Notes under the pieces: generated by a model
Databases searched by the model: none
Seen by the model: the letters and a program-made list of their open reading frames with translations, nothing else
What the model was told of the DNA's origin: nothing
Made by a program: the position numbers and the translations under genes
Shown here: positions 37,601-51,993 of the stretch, piece by piece
How positions within the stretch are numbered: the first letter of the stretch is position 1
Layout of the letters: every line of letters starts with the position of its first letter
NCBI GenBank assembly: GCA_001642005.1
Contig: LWCA01000057.1
Location: 1,550-65,549 of the forward strand
Source of the DNA: Intoshia linei
Taxonomy: Eukaryota; Animalia; Orthonectida
DNA length: 64,000 bases
Direction of reading: 5' to 3'

Positions 37601-40600
37601 ATATTCATCAATATTGAATAGAATCTATCGGTCAACAGATTGTAAACTATAATACACCATTTATCATTAATAATGATTCATTATTAATATAATCTCATGT
37701 GAAAAAAATAAATTAATTAATGTCACTAATTGAAAACCCGCCACAAAATTCTACTTATTGTCGAAATTTGACATCCTAGAGGAAATCACTGTATCCATAA
37801 AATTTAATCAACATTATTTAGTTATCCAATAATATATTTTTGGTTTTTGGATGTACAATTTTGTTGGATGCCATCAAGAATAGTGAATATTGTCGATTAG
37901 AATGTTTGGATTTAGAAGTAATAATTTTTAATAGATTTGATATATTGTATAGTCATCAAATGATGACCCTTTTTGGAAAAACCTTTTGAAAATTTCGGTT
38001 TGATGTAATGTTTATTTTCTACAACAGACGTGCACAACGTGGAGTCGTACCGCCGCATGCGGCCGTGAGCAATACATCTGATCATGATGCAATGTATCAT
38101 TTTACTTCAAATTAAAAAGTTAAAATGAGATTTTATTCAAGGTCTATTTAAAATATTTTAATCAAAAAGTTACATTCTTGACTTTGCCCCAGTTTCTCAA
38201 ATGTTAGCGAAGGGCACACAAAATCAAGACAGTCACTGATATCTTTTTTATGTCATTATTAATATTTACATATTTTTTTATGTCTTCCACTCTAATGTAT
38301 CAACAAATCGGTTTTTAAAAGAACTCTTTTTTGTTGTCCAATTATTATTAATTATTTTCCGAAAAATTAATGATTAATGTTTTTTCAAAAAAATATTAGT
38401 AAAAGGAAATTTTTCAAATTTTTTTTAAATTAGGTTTTTTCTTATGGAATCAGTCAGAAGAATTATTGGTCTAAAAATTTGGTAAAATGGGATTTTTCAT
38501 AAAAATATTGGTAAAAGCGAATTTTTTTCGTTAAGGGTATGTAAAATGTGATTTTTTTTTTTTTGGAATCAGATAGGGCAGTTTTTATTCTAAAACTGGT
38601 AAAAATGGATTTTTAAAAAAATATTGATAAAAATGGATTTCTTCCTTAAGGGTTGGTAAAATTTTGGTTTTTTCTCATAAGATTATATTAAATTGGATGA
38701 TTTAATAAAATATGTTGAAAATTGTAGATTAACCTACATTCATCTAAATTTTCGTATTCACCCATTGGGGTGACTAGACTAGTTGGTGGAAAGTTTGTGC
38801 ACCCATGTTCTAACAGAATCGATAATGTCACAAATTGTTCATAAAACAATTTGTTCTATTATAATGAATTGATGGGTCGTGGAAATATTTTAATTGAAAT
38901 TTGTGTCACCAATGAAACTGGTTGGGAAGCACCAATCTCCATTTACATTAAAAAATGTTTCATATTTTGGGGTGGAGTTGGTCCTTGATACGGCACTGGG
39001 TTTAACCGACAGAGAAAAAAAAATATATTATGTATTATACAACATAACGAGGATCTAAATTCGTAGCTGGTTAGTATACAATTTTATGGTATCACGGTAT
39101 GAAAGCGAATAACATGTAGTGAATGTTTAATTTATTAATGTTTAGTACACATTATAGTACACATTTAGCGGTTTCACATCCAATGATTCATATTTGAATC
39201 ATGCAAAAATTTTTACTAAAAATCAAAATTTACCAACCACAAAAATAAAAATCCAGTTATACCAAGCCTAAAAGGAAAATTATGCTTTTATTAACTACAT
39301 TTCACATTCTCGTTTCATTTTGGGTATTGAATTAGATTGCTTTATGCAAACATGACATTCGATTTAGTTTACAAAATTCTTCAAAATATTACAGATTTTC
39401 TTAATATTAGGATGACACATGTTACTCCTTTACGTGTATAGAATGTAATATCAGCGTTTATTACCGTTTAATTAAAACATTAAGTCCTATAATTAAAAAA
39501 ATACCAATTATTTATACAGTTTTTCGAGAGTCATATTATCGTAAATGGTATTATAAAAAAATGAGTCCTTCAAGATAAAAAACGAAAATAACAATTTTTT
39601 AATAAATAATAAACGCATTTAAAACCTAGAATTTTAAAGAATATAAATTCTGGGACGCGTTTGTACATAATTATTATGTTGTAAATCTCAAAATCAGAAA
39701 CTTACATCTTTATGGCCAAACCCCCAAATTACCCGATTTTTGGAAAAATGGAAAAAGTTGCAGCATTTTATAAAACATAATTTCTGCATATTTTTTAAAT
39801 GAGTATTATTATAAATCACAGCCTAAAATACTAAAAAATCAATTAAAAAGTCAGAGCTAGCTGCTGTTTGTACGAATTACATAACAGTGAAGCTACAAAT
39901 ATATAGTATACTACAAAAATAACATTACATTAGTGTAAAATTTTCATAGTTCCAATAAATTTGTGAAATTTCCCAGGCTCCATTAATGGGGCCTAGTCAC
40001 CGTTAGGAAACACTGTATTACACTTTTTAATTTTTGAATTTCAGTATTTAACCTTCACATTGTATTTCACAAATATCGGGCTGCGAACAGTGTAGCCCAA
40101 GGTGCTCCAATTGCTCTGTAATACAAATATGTGTGTGTAAAATAGTATATTATATTAATACTATAATAGAAATACATATACAGTATGTACTATGTATTAT
40201 ATTTGCGTATATAATTATAGTTTTGTGAATTATTTTTTTATATTGGTCAAAATTCTGGAGGGCTGCAGCCGTATATGACGATGCGCCTCTGAATACTGTA
40301 TTTTAACTGAATTTATAAGTGTGTTAAATGTATCAAATGTAACTAATATTGTATAAAATATTGTTTACAAATTTCGTCAATAACATTTTAATTGATATAA
40401 TCACTGATTGACTTATAAAAAGTGTTAATACCATCAAAAAATGGTCACTTTTAGATAATGGAATGTAGATAATATATAAAAATATGTGTACTGTAAATAA
40501 AAGGAAAAATCCACTTTTATCAAATAAAAATGACACTCCTAGTATTTAATAAAATTGGATTTGCCCCACATTTTTTTTGATGGTATAATAATAAATTATT

Positions 40601-40728
40601 ATTAATAATTATATAATTAGACCAGTCCTATTTCAGAAAAAGATTATAATTTGATAAAAAAAATGAAAATTGCAAATAAAAATTTAAAAATAAACCATGG
40701 CCGAAAATTTACGACCAGTTATTTTTAA
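31625..40728 (+). CDS. RI-like leucine-rich repeat protein, LRRC74-like
   Basis: Approximate exons 31625-31682, 31723-31889, 31933-32040, 32081-32174, 32423-32472, 34297-34378, 35309-35394, 36508-36553, 36607-36755, 37822-37917, 40621-40728. Repeats VNLANN, NLAGNRFG, LNISNNLFG, IDLSSNTIG, LNLSNT; N-terminal YLNKCNQVG resembles LRRC74. Some boundaries are uncertain. Confidence 0.7.
32705..33550 (+). mobile_element. Apparently complete H1 Helitron-like element in LRR gene intron
   Basis: A|TCCTTTACTTATATA ... GGCAGAGCTAGGTGCTGTTTATACGAAGTATATAATAGTCAACTTAG|T. Inserted between A and T with no TSD; 5' (TG)n tract. Confidence 0.8.
35411..36319. mobile_element. Buster/Charlie-type hAT derivative with nested Helitron copies
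   Basis: TIR CAGTGTTTCTTAGCC / GACTGGGAAACACTG; imperfect TSD ATCTTAAC/ATTTAAAC; Helitron ends at ~35539 (-), ~35698 (+) and ~36048 (-). Confidence 0.75.
38025..38807. mobile_element. hAT MITE carrying degenerate TTGGTAAAAT minisatellite
   Basis: Ends CAGACGTGCACAAC / TTTGTGCACCCATG; GCCGCATGCGGCC subterminal palindrome; TSD TTCTACAA/TTCTAACA. Confidence 0.6.
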
Positions 40729-43541
40729 ATAAATGTGAAAACAAAGTCAAAAAAAAATGAACATTACTTACATGTGAAAACATTAAATGGAAATTTGTTA
40801 ATGAGCTCATTGAGCATCCCAACAGTTATAACATCAATAAAAGTTAATTGTTTACATTCATTTACTCTGCAAGATATTTTTTCTATTTTTCTAAATGAAA
40901 AAATATCAATTTCAAATTAAAAATGATTGCGGGACATTTCAAATGTACAAATTGATAATTGTAACTGATATAATGAAATTGAAAATTATGTAAATTGTAA
41001 AATATTAAATATAAAACACAAAATGTACATTGTACAGTTTAACAGAATTCAATTTAATTTTAAATTGAATTAATTTAACATTAGTAAATAAATGTAGATT
41101 TGACTTTTTGAGAGCATCAAATAAAATGGAAATGAAATTAAAAGAAATTGATTTTTAACGATACGTACGTAAGCGTACTTGACTTTGATAAACCAAGTTA
41201 AAATCTTAAAATTTTAAAATATATATTAAATAAATAAAATTGAAGCGGAAATATTTATAAATTATGATTGAGTAAGTAACAACTCTGCTTCATAATTATT
41301 AACATGTAAAGTCAATTAAATTTTAACACCATTACCAATTATCTAAATGATTCTTGATTATACATGAAACAATTAATCAATGTTAAAATTGTAAATATTA
41401 AAAGTTTTAACCGTTAATTAATTACATTACAATAATTGTATCATAATTTAAAATGAAATGGAGTTTTCAGACTCAATGTTAAATGTCTCTGAGGACCAAT
41501 CCAATTGAAATAATGGAGTATTCGGAGAACAGAGTAAACAAAGCGTGTCGCCATTGTATAATGAAATTAGAAGCACTTGAAATTTGTTGAAAAAATGCGA
41601 GTGACCAGTAAAAGAATAAAAAGTGTTCACCTGCTGGGACATGAAAATGACGAGAAAATTGCATTCATTTTTCGTTTCAATTTTATTTACGCTAATGTGT
41701 TGATAATTAGTAAAATCTTTTAAATGTGTCATCGGTGTTAATGTAAAAATGTGTAGTAGTTATCAAGTGGACTCGAAATCTCAAGTATTCGCTGACTGGT
41801 CTCAAGTACTTTGTAGTAACGTACATGTCTACAAGCCTAGTTATGCATTATTTCGCATTTGATAAGGTCGATATTTTTTATATTTTTTACAAAATCTATT
41901 TTAATTAATTTTGTTATTCATTGTTTTGATTTTGTGACACTCGCAATTTAATAACACTCGAGTAGTTAACGACTTGATGTCAATACATTTATACTTGGAA
42001 TATTTCCAGAATAACAAGCTTTCTTTTTGCTTCACACTAAACGGTTAATTGAGTCAGTATAGTTCAAACAAACAATTTGTCATTATTCCTATACAGCTTG
42101 TAATGATTTAACTTTTAAATCAGTTACTTATATTCAACAGTTATCTTGTTTGTCTAATTTAACGTATAATTTAATATTGTACCAATCACAATAGTTTTAT
42201 CGCAATTATGTTTAATGTTTAACAAGATCAAAGCATATTTTATAAAATTTAGATCATATAGTAAACAATTTTTTCACTTTTAATTTTATCATCACAGCTC
42301 ATTATAATAAATTATAGTAGATTTAACCCAAACCGCTATAATTGCATTTTATACATGTATAAACAACACTATTAATAGTAATACTATAATAGAGTATGAT
42401 AGTTGAATTTTTTTTATTTTAAGCATGTTATGTGAAACCAGACGGATTTATCACTTTATGTTTGTAAATAAAACGTAATGATCAATTAAATAGCTCATTA
42501 AAGATTTCGAGTACTCTTACACAATATTCATTATTATAATTACTAACGGTCAGTTAATAATAAATAAACGGTTAATACAATTTTTTACTCAATTTAAATG
42601 TAAATTTAATTTAAATTTTGCTATTTTTAATTTATTACGGGAAAATCGTCTTTTAAAGTTCATTGTTCATTCGTTGTTGTAAATTTCATTTTTATCGACA
42701 AAAAATAGATTCATTTAATTGATCGAGTCAGGCAGGATTAGACCAAAGCTTATGAATCTCTAGTGTCTTTTGTATTAATATATATTTCCCACAGGAGGTA
42801 CGCTTCACAATCAAAAGAACTGTTAATTTAAATAGTTTCACACTCGTATAATGTTATTGGTATTAAGCTAATCTTATACAGAATACTACATTTGAATTTA
42901 AAGTTTATGTAATACTGCATTTTTTAAACCAAAGCAAAGTAATATTCTTGTAAAATTTCCAAAAAAATGTAATGATTAAATAATGTATTCTTGATTGAAA
43001 GCGGAGGTAGAAATTTCATTGATTAACAAAGATAATAAAAAAATTTATGCAAAGGAAAATAGCAAATGTTAAATGAATAACTAATTACAGAATAAAAATA
43101 CAACTATATATGTATCTTGACTATTGTTAAAAAATACAATGATAGGTTAGTGAATTTAATAAAACATATTCAAAGACATTCATATTATCATATTGATGAA
43201 TATATTATGAATCCGCCTACTTTTTTTTATCAGCTAACCTTATTATTGTTTTATAAACACATATATAATAAGACACTTACTTATAATTTTAATTAAAAAT
43301 AAAGCCGAAACAAAAAAAAATATATCTCAAAAAAATTTGACATCAATAATACGTTCATTATTAATTTTATATGTTAAAACTGTTATTTAAATCTAAAAAA
43401 AATGAAAATAAAAAATATTCATCATTATAGTGGTAATACAGTCAGGGCCGTGGAACGTCTACAATGGGCACGGACTAGATGAAAATTGTAGGTCCTTAAT
43501 AGGGACTCTCTATACAACATTTAAAAATTGATTCATCAACC

Positions 43542-44509
43542 CGGTGTTTCCCAACATTTTTTATGCTAGACCCCACTAAAAAAAAAAATTCCCTAACGGC
43601 CAAATTATTGGGCTAATACAGAATTCACTCACAAAAATTTATTATTAATTCAATGATTACTTTTTATTAAGTTTGTAGAAACAATCATTTTCTAATAAAT
43701 TAGAAATGGAAAGCTATTACTTTGTGTATAGTCGAAATTCGAAATTCTATTTTTTGTTAGTACAGTTGTACAAACAGTTTTGTAAGTTTAAAACAACAAT
43801 AAATCCGCATTCTACTAAATAAGAGGATAGAAATGGCAACAAAGCCATCCTAGCAAAATTAGTTGCATTTAGATTATTTTTTAAATCTTCTTCGTTAAGC
43901 CACATCATATTCTTTAATGCTAAATACAGTTTGTAAAGATTTGTCATGCATTAATATAGACAATTCTTCTTAATATTTACATTTAATAAGTCCACCAGAA
44001 AATGTTGTGTCAACCACAATGGAAACTCCATAAGTTTGATATCTTCGAAACGTATATTTAAATTATTTTAAAATGATTTAATATTGTGTTTTTTTCTAAT
44101 TCTGTAAAAAGGATTTATTTAACCATAAGAAATGACTATAATTATTGGATGAAATATTTTCTATATAAACATCTAATAATAAATTAATCTAAAGCAGAGG
44201 TGTCAGACTCAATTTGATGGCAGGCAAAATGTGACAAAAAAATATTTTTACTCAAATCTTTATTAAACTAACAGTTTTAATAAATTAATAAAATAAAATA
44301 AGAAACAATAATGGAATAAGTGCATAATGAATACTAAAATTGTAATCATGAAAAATATGGGTAAAAAATTTTGCTATAAAGCGGGCCGCATAATTGACAA
44401 CCTGATCTAAAGGTTTCATAAACCTATAAATTCGTAATATTTCCCAGGGTCCACCAAAGATTTCTTCATACCGACCAGTGGGGCTTGGCCCTACGGTTGG
44501 GAAACACTG
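43542..44509 (-). mobile_element. Buster/Charlie-type hAT deletion derivative
   Basis: TIR CGGTGTTTCCCAAC / GGTTGGGAAACACTG; minus-strand remnant FLSSYLVECGF (hAT dimerisation motif). Confidence 0.8.
44195..44404. mobile_element. Small hAT MITE nested in the Buster derivative
   Basis: Ends CAGAGGTGTCAGA / TTGACAACCTG; perfect TSD ATCTAAAG; related inverted copy at ~50830-51030. Confidence 0.85.
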
Positions 44510-45011
44510 TTTAGATCTAAACATTGTTTAATCCGGCAGTTGCCAAATTTTTTTTCAGTGTTTCCCTGCTGGAATAAAAATATTAGCTCAACTATACGAA
44601 CTATTTCCTTCTAACATTAACTATTATCAGGGGCGGATCTAAGAGGTTAGTTAATGGGTGCGAGCGAAGCGAGAAATATATTTTAGGGCGTCTCTTTTAA
44701 TATCAAGGGGTCTAGTTTGATTTTAAAGTGTCTCTTTGAATTTCATTTAAAAGTTGTTATACAATAGTTTCCAAATTTGTATTTTTTCGCAAAAATAAAA
44801 AAAAATGATCAGCACAAAAAAAGAGAAATTATTTTTGTTCATTAAATAAAATATTATTAATTAAATCAATTAGTTCCAGTCTTCTTGATTGAACTATTGC
44901 AAATTCATTAACCAAACTTTCAATATCAAAATTATAGTCATAGTGGCAAATTATGAGGGCCAGTCCACATAACAAAATGCCTCAAGTCATATGATTAATT
45001 GGTCATGTAAT

Positions 45012-45575
45012 CAGAGCCGTCTTAAGCCACTTCGGGCCCTGGGCTTAGCAAAGGCCGAGGTCTTTAAAATTTCGAGTGAAGCGATAAAAAAAATTAGGTC
45101 CCCTGTTTATAAGACAGGGCATACTGTTGATTGGAGACTTAGAGTTTTATTCCATTGAATGTTAATATAAGCATTAAAATATATTATGTAGGTTTCTAGT
45201 AATTTTTATTTATTTTACAAAAACCTACTTACATTAATTAATGAATAGAGTTTACTTTTTCATTTGAAAATATGCACCATGCAGTCACAAAAAATTCTTG
45301 ACAATTCTTCACAAATGTTGTTTTTTCATTTTTTTCTGAGAGAAATCAGATATGATATTATCAAAACTGATATCATTCTCAATTGACATTAAGGAGAGCG
45401 CATTCAAACGAGGTTGAGCTAAGCAATTTCGACGTTCATTCTTAATTATTTTTAGTTTAGAAAAAGTTCAAACTTCAATAAACTTCAAAACTTATAAACT
45501 GATTCTTAAGATATAAATGTTAAGTATTTTTTAATAAATTCGGGCCTCTTTTTAAAATCTATGCCTATCTGGGCT
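45012..45575 (-). mobile_element. hAT remnant, inverted homologue of 18760-20110
   Basis: 45230-45465 is the reverse complement of ~19850-20110; end CAGAGCCGTCTTAAG. Confidence 0.7.
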
Positions 45576-47559
45576 GTTCGTTTTTTATTAAAAATACCCT
45601 ATACCACGCTGAAAAGGGTACTTAGAATCCACTAGAAAATATATGTTTAGAAAAAAATACCGTTAAATATTTAGCCTTGTTGTTTTTTAAGGTTTTTGCG
45701 CCCAAATTTCTATATTTCTTAATTAACATCAAAATTAATTTTTTTTAATTGGTTATGGTTAATATATGACACACTAACACATATACCAAATTTAGAGTAA
45801 AAAATTTAATATTTAACCTCAAAAGGCGTTTTTTCGATAAAAAGGGTTTTTTGTAATATTGGTCAAATTTAAAAATTCCAAAATGTATAATAACCAAACA
45901 TTTATTTTAACTATATAAATCTGAGTTTGCCATTTTAAAATTCAGTTACTTACGTATTAAATACATTTCTAATTCACTAATTCATTTCACAGATTCACTA
46001 AAATGGACTGTCCCCATAAAATGAAAATAAATCAAGTTATTAAAATGTATGAGTTATATTTATTAACGCTGAATTTATTTTTTTAGATAGTGTTCCATAT
46101 TTATCTTTTTCAGTCTTTATTCAGTTTTTTTACTGTTCGATAGAAATTTCCACAAAAAATTGTTTTACAATTATTTAAAAATGCAGAATACAATAGAAAA
46201 ATATATTTATGAAAGAATTCAACGTAGCTTGCTCCTGCTATGTTCTAAAGTTTTGTTAAAATAACATTTTTTATTATAGAAAAATGAAATATATTAAATT
46301 TGAATACACAATTTATATTATTATTAATTTTTTATTTTAATGAACCAAGTATAGTGCATATAATTTCTACTTCACATTCAATCCATTTCAGTAATAAATT
46401 TTGAATTTTAACTAAAATTTATATACACAACAAATGTCAATCTGGTTAGAGTAACTTTTGCTATTTCCCCCACTAATTGAAGCCATTCAATAATCTAGAC
46501 TCTAGAATCTAGAATTCTAATATGGTTGACAAATTATATATTTTAGGTAATAAAAATACGCTTTTTAATATGAACTCATTAATAAACTCACTAAACGAGA
46601 TTTTTTTACAAATTAAACCGATTGTGAAAATTAAATAAATCGCAATTACATGTCGAATGTTAAATATTGATTATTTGAATATACTAAAATTGAAAGTTGG
46701 TTATGTTATACGCTTATATTTTGTCAAGTGGATTTTAGAAATATTATTAAAGATTTCCGGTAAATTTTATCTAATTTATAAAAACAAAATGATTAGAAAA
46801 TGATTAAATTAAAAATTATACTTACATGGCAAATTAACCGTAAAATGAGAAAATGAAACTTTACAAATGACATTAATAATTGAGAAAAATACATACAAGT
46901 AAATAAAATTGTAAAACTGTAAAACTGAACAAATGATTCAATACATTAAAACTTAAAAACCAACTAAATTGTACATTGAACATTGTACAATGTACTGTAA
47001 TTTAAAAAAGTTACCTACAAGACTTGTGATTATTAACATGTATATCATATTAACATGTTGATTTTTTGAAAATCTAATGGATATGATTGTACTCTAGGTC
47101 AAAAAGGTTTAAAGATAAAACCAAATTTTCACAAATTGAATTAAAATTTAAACTGCATTGTTGGAAATTTAGTACAATTTGTACAAATTTGTAAAGGCCA
47201 GTATATTAAACCAAATAGGCGTGTCTAATAAAAGTATACAATTTTGTTGCGTGCAAGTTGCATGATGATTGGCCTCATAAACAACAAACAGATTATTATC
47301 CGCTACTATAGTGTACATTGTTGAATAGACACTCAAAAGTCCTCCAATGTGCTCTAAAGCGCAGCCAAGTACATTTTATTTAAATACTCATTCCAATACT
47401 TTACATTTTGTCATTTATGTGTAAATCTTAAAATTACACTTTAAATGCTCTTAAATCACACTTTCAAACTCTGAATTCCCTAGTTTATTAATCTACCTCT
47501 TTAAACTTGCAATAAACTCAAGTAACATTATTGTAACATTTAAATCTCGATATTGAACC

Positions 47560-49126
47560 ATGTGGTTGCCAAATACGACCAATTCTGAAACGGGTAAGTA
47601 CTCTTGTATTTTACAAATATAATACATCTTACAATTTATTAATCTACATTAGATTATATATTATAAATTAAATTTAAATTACACATCAGTTAATAACCTT
47701 AATATCATGTATAGTTTATAATTTTCAATTTAGATTTTGATAGTCGAAATTTGTACTCGAGAAGTAGTAGAGATAAGAACAAGGAAAAAGAACTTGCACC
47801 TTGTTCAGCCCAAAATCGTAGTTTGCAGCGATATAATAATTCATATCGAGAATCACCACATCGACGTGAGAATCTCGTTGGGTATCCGACAAGAAACAAG
47901 AATCTAAAGGAAAATTTCCAATCAAGACATTTGGAAGAAATGGAAGCTCAATTTCATGAAAATAACGGTCATAATATAAACAATATACCTTACAATTTCG
48001 TATACCCTCCGCCAATAAGTGATTTTAACACAATGATGCCTCCACATTCAATTATACCAACTATGCATCACCAATTACCAGTTCCTCCAATGCATCCAGT
48101 CAATTTAGCACCCCAGTTTCATAAAGCTTACATGGAGGCACATAACCAACTTAAAAATTCTCAAACAGACACCATCTATAATAATGCAAATCGAAAATCA
48201 TACATTCCTATCAGTGAATCGCTAAAAGAAAATTTACATAAAAGTTACTTAAATTATATGAACAGGGACAGGTTATGTAAGTTTTACCATGAATCATGTA
48301 AACTTATTTTTAATCGGTTCAATTCATTTCGTTATTCGTCAATTATAATTGTAGCTTAATGATTAAGCAAAATCAAAAATTTTAATTGAAAATAACTCAA
48401 TGAACACTTGTTATTTATTAATTTTTTATATTAGTATTCAATTCTAATTGCAACCTGGCATCATCCTCCGAAATAACCAACACTCTAAATGGATCAAATT
48501 TCCCATATGCACACAATGGCCAATCCAATGCTTCAATATACGGAAATGGAAGATTCCAACATGATTTAATGGCAAATGGAGCTATGGACCCCTTTTTGAC
48601 GCCTCACGGTTTATTTCCATTTTCTCTGTCTCAAAGAAGGAAGCGTCGAATTCTTTTTTCTCAAGCTCAAGTGTACGAACTTGAAAGAAGATTTAAGATG
48701 CAAAAGTACCTTTCTGGACCTGAAAGAGAACATTTATCTCGAATGATTAATCTCACACCAAATCAAGTCAAAATTTGGTTCCAAGTAATACAAATAATGT
48801 ATTTAAAATAATATTTAAACCCTTAAAATTTACTCATTAGTGACTGTGATTACAGACTATAGTCTGTCCAATTTAGTTATAATTTACCATTATTTTTCAA
48901 GTGCGAATTCAACATTACAAGTACAGTAAGTGTACTAACAACCAAGTGAGCGTAAACAAAATGTTTAATATGTTAATTTTTTCATAATGTAATTATTTAG
49001 AATCATCGATACAAGCACAAAAGACAAAAAAAAGACGATGAAAAGACTAGAAAACCGCACAAGAACCAAGTCCAACCCAACCAACCCAAGAAAGAAGTTT
49101 ATCCAAGCATAAAGATTGAAAAATAA
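47560..49126 (+). CDS. NKX2-1: NK2.1-class homeobox transcription factor (Nkx2.1/scarecrow/ceh-24)
   Basis: Exons 47560-47593, 47734-48276, 48435-48784, 49001-49126. Homeodomain [50 protein letters not shown]|NHRYKHKRQ, with NK2 Tyr54 and the [13 protein letters not shown] signature of the NK2.1 group. Confidence 0.92.
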
Positions 49127-51138
49127 ACCTATAAAATATAATCATGCTCAAATAAATATATTGTAAACTACGTGACTTATGAAATTAAAAGTTTTTGACA
49201 AATGATGCTGCCATTCGAAGCCATACTGTTTTGTTTTTGACCGTTTTTATTAAAAAAATGTGAGATTTTTGACAAATATTCGATTCATTTAGTTTGCCAT
49301 TTCAAAGTTTTTTATAATTTATATTATCATGATTTTACTGGTGGTCCAGTGCAAATACATGTAGTAGTTAGCTCTACGAGAGTCGATTTTTTATACAACT
49401 TTAATTTGAAAAATTTCAAAATATTTAAATTAAAGTAACAAGTAAATAGCTAACATGGTTTAAAGTTTAAACATTTCAACAAAATACTAACAAAATTATA
49501 AATAATTATTGATAATACAATTGTACAATTTTATTAAAATTTATACTTGCAAAACATTAACAAACGTTAAAATTCGTTAAAATTTGACCATAAAGATGGA
49601 AATTTATGAGATTGATGGGTTAATATTCAACAAAAAAACTGACTGATTTTTAAAGTATGTAAATTTGTATTTACTGTAATAAGTAAGGGTATATGACATT
49701 TATATTCATATTTACAATTTGTCTTGCAGCGTATATTTATCATATTTAAATAATGGGCTTTAGCATATTCTCCTACTTTAAGCAGTCTCGATGATTGTAT
49801 AATGATGGAAAAGATTGTCTTCATCTAAATTATCTAATCAACATTTATTTAGTATACTGTTAATAGAGTTACCTATATTTTTAGAAATCGATTCAAACTT
49901 AATCAATATCCTTCATTTTTTCAAGAACTTTAATTTCATTATACATGAATTTGACATTCAATTTTCTTTAAATATTTTAATTATCCATTAAAGATATTTT
50001 CCTTTATCAATAATGCAAATTTTGTTAATGTTGAGTTTTTCATTTTAGCAAATTGGTAAATCCAGTGTAAAATCTACACTGCCTATTATTTATGTGGTAA
50101 TTTTTGCAATTGTTTATGATGGAATAATCAATATGTTTTGAAAGATGATGAAATTAATGATTTATTCACCATTTCTTAATTGAAAAGATATTGAATAAAA
50201 TTTTAACACTAAGTGGTGTAGTTTTTTTCATTTTTCAAAATAATGAGTAATTTACGGTTTTGACGGTGTATATCCAAATTTTTCTTACTTTCAATATTGG
50301 AAAAATTGATAAAAAAAAAACTTACATAGAATTTGTGTTTTTGAAAATTCTAGGATTGCCAGTTTTCTAAATAAATAGTTACACTCAAAGGCAGACTACA
50401 AACACACATTTTTAGCAACTTTTACTTTATGTAAGTAAGGATTCCTTACTACATTCTTAACTTTCTGTACTTTTTAAACCAGTAGCTCCAGATTCAAATA
50501 GTGTACGGACCCCTGTTTTAAAACATTTATTTTTTTGGACTATAAAGGAAACATGAAGTATAAAACATTTATTAAAAAATTAAAGGGTTTTTCTCATAAG
50601 ATTTCGCAAACTGTTTTTCAAAAAAATATTGGAAAATGAGACATTTCTTTATGGATTAATAAAATTAAATTTTTTATATTGTAGTTTGATTAAGTGAACC
50701 TCGTTTTGAAGAATAGATAGAACCTCGAACCCTGAAAACTATTAAACCTTCACTTGAAGAAGGAAGCAAAGATAACTTTTTTTACAAGTAAACTAATATT
50801 CGGAAAATTGAATTGTTTCATTGTATTGAACAAAGATGTCAATTATGCGGTCTGCGTTATAATGTAAATTTTTATTGATTATTACAATTTTAGCTTTATT
50901 TATACTTTTTGCATTATTATTGTTTCTTATTTAATTGTATTAATTAAAAATTTTAGTTTAATAATGGTTTAAGTAAATATATTTTTTTCACATTTGGCCC
51001 GCCAAGCAAATTGAGTCTGACACCCATGGTATTGATCGATATATACTTAATTTAATATAAAATGTAGATGTATAAAATTAATTAATTTTTATTTTTTTTA
51101 AAAAAAGTCGTAAAGAATCGGAATCGTCACATCACTAG

Positions 51139-51372
51139 CAGTGGCGGATGTAGGATTTTCAGCCAGGGGGTAAAATAATTATTAGACCCCAAACGCATAT
51201 AATTTATTTAATTTGGAGTTTTTATACTAAGTATATTAATATACATTGCACTGTATTTCTATCTATAATAATAATTTTTTTTCTAGTTTTCATTCTACTA
51301 AATTTTTCAACGTTATACATTCTAAGAATGTTGAGTAGAGGCAGCCCCTGCATACACGTAGATCCACTATTC
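51139..51372. mobile_element. CAGTGGCGGAT-type MITE
   Basis: Left end shared with 8699; flanked by direct repeat (C)ATCACTAG. Confidence 0.7.
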
Positions 51373-51993
51373 ATCACTAGGTTTAACCTATCGGTTGGTA
51401 AACTAATTTTTCAGCGTTAATCTACTGGACTAAAAAAATTACGCCCACGATATTAATTTTTTTCTAATATCATCTATTAATATAGAATACTTGGGTCTTA
51501 GTGATCCGGACCGTCATACGACATCTGGCCCAAATATACACATATCTGCATATCGGTTATACGTATGTTCTGACGTGGTTCTACGCGGGCCAGGTTAAAT
51601 CCTATTTCAAAATAGTTACATATTTCGACGATATTTGAGTCATAGGAGCGCACTTTCTTTCTAAAATTTAATAGTAAATGCAAATGTCTGAGATAGAAAT
51701 TTGTGAGAAACGGATTATAAAAATTGTTTTGGAATTTTAAGGCAATTGTTGAACAGTTATATAAATACACTGAATGAGACTTTCATAAAATAACGTGAAA
51801 GTTAAGGAATTTGATAATTTTTAATATAAATTTGACGATTAAACATAACGCATCATTTGCGAAATTTTTGAAGGGTTATTTTTGATTTTTGCCAAGAGAG
51901 GAAAAGTTATTATAAAATGAACCTTTTTCGTTAGTAAAAGAAAATTTGAATAAAACATGTAACTAGCAATATATATTTTATACAGGTACATTT

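Noticed and set aside
38380-38720. CRISPR-like array
   Set aside because: Repeats are degenerate, irregular and inside a MITE; eukaryotic context with no cas genes.
51385-51598. piggyBac-like MITE (TTAA-CCT...AGG-TTAA)
   Set aside because: The inverted match is only a few bases beyond TTAA and there is no second copy in the window.
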